Assembly (NCBI GenBank): GCA_023515725.1
Contig: JALDTO010000155.1
Location: forward strand, 965,147 to 1,029,146
From: Amoeboaphelidium protococcarum X5
Taxonomy: Eukaryota > Fungi > Aphelidiomycota
Reading direction: 5' to 3'
DNA length: 64,000 nucleotides
Shown here: positions 40,636 through 51,604 of the stretch, in pieces
How the letters are laid out: every line of letters begins with the position of its first letter
Position numbering within the stretch: position 1 is the first letter of the stretch
The notes under the pieces: model-generated
What the model was told of the DNA's origin: nothing
The model's input: the letters and a program-made list of their open reading frames with translations, nothing else
Databases searched by the model: none
Program-made: the position numbers and the translations under genes

Positions 40636-41556
40636 ATGCCGTCCACTGTGAAGACAATCAAGTTGAAACTAGCTGATCGCTACAGAGCCTTGTTCTTTTC
40701 CATCTGTTACGTCTCTGTGGTGAATGCCATCTTCTTTGGTCTGGGGATGACTTCGGATCCTGATGATAGATTTTATGGTTATCTGTTTCTACTTGCTATT
40801 ATCGTGGTTGCATCGATGTACGTTACTGGTAAGCTGCACGCATAAGGCCTAGTTCTGCGTCATATTTCAGGGAGAGATGGTGCCTGGATATTCGTGGCCA
40901 CCATCATGATCTCCACAATCACTCCGCTGATCCTGTGGCTAATCGGTTCCAATATTCATAATGTGAACACTGGTTACAACTTCGTGGGCAATTACACTGA
41001 ATTCATCAATGAAGTATAGAAGCCGTCTGCTGCTGATGATATTCGCCGCTTCACTATTCTATATCCTGCGGGACTTCCTAACAATATGACGCTGAGAGCA
41101 GAACAGGATTTAGCGCAGAATGGTGTCTACTGGATTACTCCTATCGTCAGTGACCGCAATAACCCCGTGATTGATTAGACAAATATCGCCTGGGCTTGTG
41201 ACCTCTCCACCTCGTACTTTAATGGAGTGTATTCGCAGCCGCCATCATGGTAGTCTAAGGACAATAACATTATGGCTTAGCGAGTCGCCCCTAGATGGAT
41301 GCATCCGGATCCTGACTATTTCTGTATGTAGACGTTTTAACGCAGCCAGGAGTACTTTAAATCTGTGACTGGACTATAAGAGTTTAAAGAGCCTGTGTTC
41401 TATCACGTATTTGAGTACGGACCGTATATACAGTCTCAGCTGAATTATGCTCTCATGTGTTTCCTTATTCCTATTGGAATTCTGTTGATTTTGCCTCTAT
41501 TACTGATCAGATGGAACCAGCGTGTGATTAGAGAGGCGCCTAGTAAATAGATATGA
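40636..41556 (+). CDS. Hypothetical 4-TM membrane protein with a large extracytoplasmic loop
   Basis: Three N-terminal hydrophobic segments, about 170-aa loop with NYT/NMT sequons and 2 Cys, C-terminal TM segment; ends in tandem TGA. Confidence 0.7.
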
Positions 41557-41651
41557 TGATGATGATGATAGTGACAAAGAATTCTTATTTTGAAATATAC
41601 TTTAGTCTATTTATTCTCAAACAATCATGAAAGTTGACGATAGCAATGTTA

Positions 41652-44555
41652 TCATTAGCTAAAAAGTATATCGGCAACGTCCTTGTACGAGTCTACAAAG
41701 TGCACTTCAACACCATGCTTCACGGTATCATCCAACACGGCCCAATCGGCAGCATTATCCTTCGGAAGCAACACGGTCTTTATGTTATCTCTCTTGGCTG
41801 CGATAATCTTCTCTTTTACACCACCAATCTTCAACACCTTACCTGTCAGAGTCAGTTCTCCAGTCATGGCAACATCAGTAGGGATTGGTTTACCTGTGGC
41901 TAGTGATAGCAGCGCCGAGCACATTGTAATTCCAGCACTAGGACCATCTTTCTTGATCGCACCTTCAGGTACGTGTAAATGGATCTGTGCCTTATCAAAA
42001 AATAAGTTCTGCGGTTCTCGGTCGTGGATATACTTTTGCGCGTATGAATATGCAATCTGTGCAGACTCCTTCATCACATCACCAAGTTGTCCAGTTAATT
42101 TGATGAAGGCAGAACTTCGGCCATTCCTATTGTTATTACTTTCTACATTGGAGTTATTGCGTACAGGTAACGCTTTATCAAGACACTCTATGGTGAGCGT
42201 GTCACCACCCATACCGGTCCAAGCAAGTCCAGTCACTACACCGACATTGCTGGCTCCAGGTACTGATTGCTTTCTCTAGAATACCGGATTACCAACAAAA
42301 GACTTCAAGTTTTACGCATCCACCTTCACCATTTCCTCTCCTTGAACAATACGCAAAGCAGACTTTCTAACCACTTTCTCCAGGTGCTTCTTCAGATTCC
42401 TTACACCACTCTCTCGGCAGTATTAATCCATAAGTGTACGCAAAGCATCCTCTCCAACCTGAACTCGATCCTCAGACACACCATTCTACTTCAAAATTTG
42501 AGGTATTAGATACTTCTATGCAATCTACATCTTCTCCTCAGCGATATACCCACTTAGCTGTATAACTTCCATTCTATCTAATAGAGGACCGGGAATAGTG
42601 TCCATCACATTAGCAGTACACACGAACAAGACTTTAGACAAGTCTAATGGCATATCCATGTAATGATCCATGAACGTAGTATTCTGCTCTGGATCCAACA
42701 CTTCGAGTAAAGCACTAGCAGGATCGCCCTGACTTCCACCATGACCAACTTTATCTATTTCGTCAATGAGAATAAGCGGGTTTTCAGTCTACACCTTCTT
42801 AAGAGCCTATACCAACTTGCCAGGCATAGCACCAACATACGTTCGTCGATGTCCCTTAATCTCAGCAACATCGTACAAACCACCGACACTGAACCGATAA
42901 AACTGACGATCCAAAGCTCTGGCGATACTCTTTGCAATCGAAGTCTTTCCAACACCAGGCGGTCCTTGCATACAGATAATCTTGCCTTCGATGCTGTGCC
43001 TCAGTTTGGCAACGGCAACAAATTCCAAAATCCGATCTTTAACATCCTTCAATCCATAGTGATCTTCATCCAATACCTGCTGGGCGCGACTGATTGAATA
43101 GGAATCTTTACCACTTTTACCCCATGGAATTGATGTGATCCAATCCAAGTAATTATTAGTCAGATTATACTCTTGAGCGGACGGTTTAAGTACATTCAAC
43201 TTGCCCATTTCCTCTTCAAATACCTTCTTGGCATAATCAGGCATATTCAGAGCCTCAACTCTCTTTCGGTACTTGTTCATAATCTTATCTCTGCTCTGAG
43301 ACTCCACACCCAGCTCTTTCTGAATATTTCTCAGCCTCTTGTTAAGAAATGCCTGTCGATCACTGTCACTGATCAATTGTTCTAAATCTGCAGATATTTT
43401 ACTTTGCAACTCTGCATTCCTCATCTCCTTTCTTATGGCGTTATAGGACAATTCCAATTTCTATTTGACATTAGTAGTCTCCAGAATCTATTGCAACTAC
43501 TCACCAGGAACATCAGACATGGCCGCGGCAAAATCTGCAAGTTTAGATGGATGTTGAGTCAACTGAATATTGGGATCATCTGACTTTAACGAGTCATCCT
43601 CATTAAATACACCAGCCAAGTTGCTATTACCGTCGCCATCCACTCCCCCGTTCGATTTGAAAGAGCCACTGACAGACATACCACGTACAAATTCGGAAAC
43701 TTGATCACGTACAAGAGGATTCAACTTGGCCATTTCATTCAGAGTGGCCACTATATCTCTGCTCAATTACTAGATCTCAGAGTCTTTTGTATCAAATGGC
43801 TCGTCTTTTAATTCTAGAGCAACGACTTTGGCACAACTTGTCTTAAATTTGCTATTCAGCGCTTTAACGTCAGTGGCCGGAGATTGGTCGTCTTCCTTCT
43901 GATCACTTACTGCTGATGATAATTCAGCTGAACTCTTTAAAGGACGCTGCGGTGAGATAAACTTTTCCATCTTGACGCGCTTCATAGGATATAACAATAG
44001 AGTCATTGAGCCACTTGGTTCAGCAAGAACATTGAATATCTGTGCCACAACACCCACGGGATGGATATCATCGATGGACTTTATCACATCACTTGACCTA
44101 ATTTCCGAACTGCCTTTCACAGTTGATCGCGACCCATTAACTTCCTTCTAATCCCCTTGTTTATATTGTTACTATGATGATGAAGATGATTAGTCTTGGT
44201 CTTAATTCATCTACTGCTCAGCTAGAGTACGAGTGAGAAAGACAGACACGTACGGATTATTCGCCTTCAAATTATCCTGGACACATTTAATAAGACCCTT
44301 ATCTTTTATGCTTATAGCTTTAAAAAATTCTGGGAATAGAGGTCTGTTGTGGACAGGAAGAGCCAGTAGTTCACGCGGTAATTTACTCTTGCCACCTGCA
44401 CCACCATTAACATTCGTCACTGCATTCTCAATTATCGATAAAGCTTTCTAAATACCATCGTTCCCAGACTTGGACCTCCTTGCATTATAACTAGCAATTT
44501 AAGGAACTGCTCTACGACCAAGTGTAATAATATTCTAACGTTAGAGTATCATCAT
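41652..44555 (-). CDS. PIM1: Mitochondrial Lon protease
   Basis: Lon N-domain [64 protein letters not shown]. Confidence 0.95.
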
Positions 44556-44771
44556 GATGTTCTTCGCAGCACTAAATTTACTAGTGAGAGAGAGAGAACG
44601 AAAAAAATTTAAAGAGGATATGGATGACGCGCTTTTTGCCATTGTGGACGAGATGTAAACTGCGAAAAGAGTAACCATAAAATTATGAGTAGGGTAAGAG
44701 TATATTAATCAAATTATTCTTTAAGATTCAAGTCTTATTGTAGATGTAACTAATAATAATAATGGAAATAT

Positions 44772-46007
44772 TCAGTCGCTATGGATTGTAGTAAGGAATG
44801 GGTGTTGTAGAGCAGTTTCAGCCGTGAGTCTGTCTTAAGGCTTCAATTTCAGGCACCTGCTAATAAAGTCCACCATTTAGGCAAAGCTGGCATCATTCAG
44901 ATATTGCCCTGTAGGATCCAGTATCTCTTCAATAGACGCTTGCAAATAAGGGTCGCCGGCCACTTGTTCGTATATCAAGGCAAACTGCTCTTCAGAAAGA
45001 CTATAATCTTTTTTGAAACGAACCTGCAGCTTATGTTGATATTCATCAAATTCCTGATCATTGAGATCTTTTGTTATCAGAGGGAACGCGATCATTCGCT
45101 GTATATCAGTTGGGTAGGACTTGAGCAAAAGTTTACCACTGAAGAGCTAGAAAAGCGTCATACCCAGAGACCACATGTCGCTCTAAATCGATCCTTGACG
45201 ATTAAGTAGGACTTCTGGAGCTTCGAATTCCTGTGTGGACCGGTGCCATTGTTCCCCAGGCCAGTCCAGAGAGTTGCCATGCGAGAGTCCAAAATCTGCT
45301 AGTGCAAAGAAATCTATTCGCGCTCTGTTTTAACCAACTCGCAGAAGGATATTGTCAGGCTTCACATCATTGTGCGCGACACCACCCAGATGCATCGGTT
45401 GAAGACATTGAAGGATTTGATGGGCCACATCGCGTACTTCTTACACCGTCGCTAAATCTTGATGTCGATTTAACCATCTCATTGCAATCATGTTCTACAA
45501 ACTTCCATCAAAGAGAGGAAATACGATAGCGTAGTAAGATACAAACAAGTAGCTCTTTAGTGATCCAGCACAGTGTTAAGACAGGGTGGTGGCGAATGCA
45601 GCATACTTGAATTCCCGCAAACCATACCAAAAATTAGCGTCCATATACAAAGTATGATCATAACGCGTCAATTACTCTTTAATTGACTAATCTTTCACCC
45701 GTGGGAACACTTTCAGCGCAACCAGCGTGCCAGTGCAATGATCAAATGCCTTGACGATAACGGCATGAGGTCTTACAGCAATCACTTATGTAATCTAGTA
45801 GCGATAAGCTATAGATTCTTCAGGCCTGATGAAAGTTTGTACCAAGTCAGAGTGATAGCAGATATTCAGTGGACTTTCTACCTGTGTCTATTCAAGCTGC
45901 GACAGGCCTTGGAAAATTCTCATTCGCTCGTCATTGTCAGAAATTTGTCTAGCAAACAAGACGTATTAAAACGCGTTAATGAGACCAAACAACACGTATA
46001 GCTTCAT
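44772..46007 (-). CDS. Signal-peptide-bearing DYRK-derived protein kinase K1 (Gly-rich loop degenerate)
   Basis: MKLYVLFGLINAFQYVLFA, IAYRYQ, DHCTG.LVALK, HNDVKPDN, DFGLS, EAPE, SDMWSLG, HPF; 411 aa. Confidence 0.85.
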
Positions 46008-46241
46008 TTTATAGGACCTCCACTGCATTATTGAAAAGATTATTCAACTAATAAATGGCGTTGCAACCTAATAACATGCGTGCGTCATTAACGCGGACTT
46101 TAAAATTTTGTGCCTCCGACGCCACACGCAAACACATGGCCGGAGTGCAGCCCCTGGTGAATTCGAGTTTAATATTTGTTTAGTTAGTAAAAAAATGATT
46201 TTGGTGTCTCTAAATCTATTATATTATTGTTATGAAATCTT

Positions 46242-47480
46242 TCATTAGTATTCTGAATTCTAAATCATCTAACCATCTGCATAATGTTAATTCTAATTGT
46301 TCTAAAGCGGGGAATCGGGTAACAGAAACGAGTGAATACTAAGTTCAACAGCACTTTGCCTGAAGTAATGATTAAACTCCAGACATTCCTATACAAAACT
46401 GAGCAGATCGTCAAATGGAGCATCACGACATTGATCACGCTCCTGTCTATACATTGCCTTTTTCAACGGTCGCGCCAAGTAATGATTAAGAGCCTGAGGG
46501 CGCAAGTTCCTTTATTAAGCTAAAGCTAGAAGCTCCTAATTATCAGTTTACTGATTTAAAATGGATTCCAGAGTAATTGAGTGATCAGTCAGGAATGCAT
46601 CAGCTAATAATTAAAATTTATCAGGCAAAACTAATGAAAATACAGGCTTAGATCTATAAAGTTCAGCCACAATCATTCCCAGTGACCAAATGTCGCTGCG
46701 ATCATTACCTCTACCCGTTTAAATGATTTCTGGAGCTTCGTACCACGGGGTGACTCTATGCCAGCCACATTAATCTTCAGTGCAAGACAGCCCAAAATCA
46801 GTTACTCCTATTGTAGGATTATCAATTGGACCAGTGATCAGAATGTTCTGAGGTTTCAAATCATTATGAACAATGCCGCTTGCATGCAATGACACCAAAC
46901 AATCCAAAATTTGACTCGTCACTGATTGAATAATTTTAAATGTATCATCACAGCTCATTTTTGAGAGGAAATTTCTATTATAAGTCATCAAATCTGTACT
47001 ATACAGAGGATATGTGATAGCGTAGAAATCTTCAAACCAGTAATTATCAAATGCCGCCACACAATAACTACTGCTTCTTACAGCAATACTGGATGCAATT
47101 TTATACTCATCCTGACCATCTTTTAAATAGAAATATGGCTCACGCGTGCTTTTACCTTTGAGTCGATCTCTCAATATTTTCAAAGCTACCCACTACCCAG
47201 TGCAATGGTCAATCGCGCGATAAACCTGACCATATGACCCAGAGGATAAGAGCTACACAGTTTCATATCGGAAGGCAATTTATTCATGCAGCTTTTCGAA
47301 TGTTGGGTGTTGATCAACGTAATAGCAGATATTGGCATGATTTTTCACCTGAGATTAGTAGTGAGGAGTAAGAGTTGTATAAATTCTCATTTTCATCTCT
47401 TCTGCGAAAACAGCCGTACCAGCATTAGCCACGTACGGCCACAGTAGCATCAGTATCAAGACTAACGCGTGACAATCCAT
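46242..47480 (-). CDS. Signal-peptide-bearing DYRK-derived protein kinase K2
   Basis: MDCHALVLILMLLWPYVANA, IAFRYE, SGSYGQV, DHCTG..VALK, HNDLKPQN, DFGLSC, WYEAPE, SDIWSLG; 412 aa. Confidence 0.88.
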
Positions 47481-47778
47481 CCGTGATATCAGCAGAATAA
47501 AATTTAATAATCGAGATAAATTATCTAGTCGCGTAAAAATGAGAAAAGCCATCGGCGATCAGTCGGCAAGAGACGCAAGTATTGTTCCCCCTTATTCAGG
47601 CCTCAAATCACATGCGCCCAACGATACATCTTGCTGTGATTTCGTTTTGTATGTAACAGAGAAAATATGGTAAAAAAATCAGATTAAAAGTAAGATCTTG
47701 CATTTAAAAGTATAAAAAATTCTTCACTGCATTCATGGTGTTGGTATAGCTATTAATATCGAATGACCAATCGTTTAA

Positions 47779-48969
47779 TCAAAAGTCCAGAAATGGGTTC
47801 TCCAATGCTGCCTGTGCATTTAAGCGCAGCTGTGGTTAAAACTTCAGGCAGCCTTCCACGAAAGCATGCATCTACTCATATAATTGATCGTGACAGAGCT
47901 GTGCTTCTTTTCGATAAAGCACTCGATCTAGTCCACGCTGCATGTATCCAATAGGATCCACCCCATAGGCTTGTGCAAACTACATGCGTTTTTGCGGAGG
48001 CACTCGCAACTGATTTCCAATTCTACCTTTCATCAGAAAATCATTTGATAAGCAAGCAACGGCATACAGATGTGAGAGATCATTCAATTTGATACTGAAT
48101 ACTGGCTTAGTCCGAAACAATTCAGCCACTATCACCCCCAGCGACCATATATCACTCTGAACATTTCCACGCCCATACTAAATAATCTCAGGAGCCTCAT
48201 ACCAAGGAGTAACGCGTTTCCATTCACAGTCTTACGTGTAACAAGAAATTCCAAAGTCTGTCACTGCGACAAAAGGATTGTAAGGATCTCCAGAAATGAG
48301 TACATTGCCAGGTTTCAAATCGTTGTGGACAAGACCACGATCATGGATATGTTTCAAGCATTACAAGATCTGGCGCGTCACTGATTTTATAAGTCTATAC
48401 GCATCATCGCAATCCAACGTACTCAGGAAATTCTTGTTATAACTGCTTAAGCTTGTGTCGAACAAAGGATAAGTGATGGCAAAGTAATCAGAGAACTCAT
48501 ACGCATTTAGAGCATGAACACAGTGTGGATTTCCTGCCACCAAATCGCTACCTGCAATATTATATTCCCTCCATCCTTCTTTGACGTACTCTGGAAATTT
48601 GAGACCTTGTGGGGAGTCTAGGGTAAAATCCAAGATATCGTCTTGGTCTCGATTCCTGAAAATCTTGAGCGCGATCAGTTCCCCTGTGCAATAATCTTTC
48701 GCCTTGAAAACTTCGCCATACGCGCCTTCAGATATTTTCTCAAGAGTTTCATATCGATAAGCCACTTGCTCCTTGATTCCCATGAACGTCGGTCCAAATG
48801 CAGTATACAGACAAATATTTTCTGGATTCTTTACTTGATCTCTATCTTTTTAGCTCAGATTATTGAATATGGTCAATTTCTCATCCATTGATGTAATCTC
48901 GCGACCACACACCACAGACACGCCAACCGCTAACGCAACAACGAATACCCTTTACAATGCCGAAATCAT
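47779..48969 (-). CDS. Signal-peptide-bearing DYRK-derived protein kinase K3
   Basis: MISALQRVFVVALAVGVSVVCG, VAYRYE, EGAYGEV, DYCTG..IALK, QILQCL, HNDLKPGN, DFGISCY, WYEAPE; 396 aa. Confidence 0.88.
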
Positions 48970-49577
48970 GTTCTTCAGACTTTTGACAGCTAAAAAGCGT
49001 GAGAAAATCAGATGCTGAGAAAATATGAGGATATCAAATGGAAGCAAGTAAAGAGAGACGCTTCTCCGATTTCATCGATGTTATCCAGTATGCCCCGAGT
49101 CTCGGAGTTCCCCGTAAATCGTGAACGCTGCATAGCCACATCTCGGAAATATCTGGTCTGGCCAAGACATGCTTTATCCGAGATTCGGGATTGTTTATGT
49201 GAACGATTTTAATAGTGATATCGTAAACTCAAATTTTTTAGTTCACTGTTACTATTATGTATTGGAGCATTCACTTGCTAATGGCACTCACTAATTAGAA
49301 GGATTTAGTTGTCGCATCATGAACATATCGTATTGATTCTTTGTATACTGGTCAGTCAATGAGCTAATCTCATTGAATTTTTGACGTACTTTACAGCCGT
49401 GCATAGTGCAAAAATTTATCAATTATTGATTCTCTATGGAGTACTATAGTCTCCTGCTGCTTGTTAGTGACAAAAGTCTTTTAATGCTTCGAATGAACGC
49501 GCGCTCTGAATTTTCTTGCAGCGTTTAGATCGCACATAGTAAAAGCAACACTTTAACATACCACTAGCAAAAGCGAT

Positions 49578-50507
49578 ATGCCTATCAGAAAGAGTTATAT
49601 AGATCGAGGATTGATTATTTAATCTCACAACAAGTACAACTTGTACAATCTGTTCAGCAACGCGTATTAACCATCGCTGTAGAATTAGAACAACTTGCGA
49701 AAGACTGCCTTCTAATTGCAATGGAGTGCTAAGCGCCAGCTGGTGCCATATTACGCGTCAATGTCCAAAATGCGCGTTCTTAGAAAGACTATCACTAGGA
49801 CACTGCCTATCTAGTAGCGACTGTATGCTGACCGTAGAAATAATATGCAGCTTACTCTTATCAATGCTGGAGATCAGGCGAAGAACAAGACGCGTCAAAT
49901 TATGCTGCCGTACCCGCCTACTACCATGCTCACGTTCGCCTTTATGGAGAGGCAGTTGCAGACGATATTATTTCGCGCGTGTTTTGTAACTTCAGTGAAT
50001 GAGGCACGTCACTTGATTAGAACTGGTATGGTTAGCGTCAACGGGCGCGTGGTAAAGTATCCGTCATACATTTGTGAGGATGGTGATATCGCTCAAGTTT
50101 TACGTCCTGAAAAGTTATAGCTGTTAAATGGATAATTCAAGGGATTAGATATGGAAGATGATGCGGCATCAGACGCTGAGTAAAGTGCTGACTCTGATGA
50201 ATCCACTTCCGAATAGGAGGCTAATGGCGACCAAGAAGGCGGTGAGGAGACTGTTAGTAAAAAGTATTAGAAATATCTCTAGTCTGTACCAAAATCCACG
50301 CAAGATCACGGACTGCATGCTCCGCCAATGATGGCTCCATGGGTGTTTGTTCCCAACTATCTAGAGGTGAATTACAAGAACCTTAGCGTGTGCTTCCTCA
50401 GATCACCAATGCTGTGGCCGGGCAGATGCGAAATTCCATCCCCTTACGACGACACTGTTCACCAGAAAACTTATGAGTACTTTGTCAGTAATAAACGGCC
50501 ATTTTGA
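49578..50507 (+). CDS. NAM9: Mitochondrial ribosomal protein uS4m
   Basis: NKYNLYNL, FQLQWSAKR, MERQL..ILFRACFVTSV.EARHLI..G.V.VNG (S4 domain), PNYLEVNY, EIPSPY. Confidence 0.85.
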
Positions 50508-50756
50508 TTCCCAATATTATATTATTTCTTAGATTTTAATCTTGGAAAAGGAATATTAATTAAGTCACTTATACTCATTTCTAGTTGCCATTGCTTACAT
50601 TTAAAGTTGTATCGCCGTTCCTCCACGGTACAGGTATCAAGCGCGCGAAAGTTTTCTGCTCAAGCAGTACTGTAACTCAACTAGGAAGATAAGAAACCGC
50701 ATTGAATTACATTAGAGTAAAGTATCTAATAAATTTAATAATACAGCTAGCACAAT

Positions 50757-51410
50757 ATGACAAAAGAGACTCTTACATAGAGAATTTAGAGAAGGGAGGA
50801 TATAAATATAAGTGAGGAAGAGAGAGACAGGTTAATTTAGTAATCTGGTATATTGGAGAGAATGAATGCTGTACCCACGATAAGTAATAGATGGACTCGT
50901 AGTAATGTTGCAATGACTGCGTTGTACTCTATTGTGGTGGCTGCAATATTCGTACTTATGAATGCCATCGCTCTGTAAACGTTCTAACCTGTAAGATATC
51001 GTGGTTCATCACTGCTGGATGTTATCGCTGAGCAGTTTCAAGATGAAGACTACAAGTATCGCCTGCTGAGTAGCGCACCTGCTCTAGTAGTTATAGTGTA
51101 CTTGGTACAGAGACACGCTACTAAACGCTGGATGTAGTAAATGCTGCTCGCGTCTGCCGTGCTAATGGGTCTCAAGTCTTTACAGATAATGACTGGTCAT
51201 CAGAACTTTACACTCGCCGGTTGGTTATAGCGAAATGGTAATAGTTCTAGTTCATTGTACTCACCACCGACTCTGAATGATATCCGCCCTATTCCTGGTC
51301 TTGCTGCACTGTGGGCTTACGCGTTGATGCAACTGGATCTCCTTCTAGCAACTACCTCCATATTTCTTGTACTACTTATTCATCTTTTGTTGTAAATGAC
51401 TGTATACTGA
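50757..51410 (+). CDS. Conserved fungal-type hypothetical membrane protein
   Basis: ISEEERDRLIQQSGIL, several TM segments and PGLAALWAYALMQLDL, a pattern recalled from fungal DUF7719-like proteins. Confidence 0.65.
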
Positions 51411-51604
51411 ATATATTGATGTTCTTTGAATATCAATTCACTCAAGTGATGTATATGCCCATTCTGAGTATAATGTTTCGCATTTGTCCGGCAGTTATTC
51501 GCAGCGATCAAGTCGCGTCGATTCGTTCTTGCACTCACACACATACGGTGTACGAGACAGTCTTTTTGTCAATATAGGTAGTGGTCTAAGGACTAGGGGT
51601 GAAT

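Noticed and set aside
41683-42279. Long antisense or alternate-frame ORFs (e.g. 41683-42279 +, 56488-57051 +, 62673-63194 +, 37065-37544 -)
   Set aside because: Shadows of well-supported genes on the opposite strand, with no recognisable motifs
49200-49560. Possible small gene between kinase K3 and NAM9
   Set aside because: Only short TGA-bounded frames with no recognisable product
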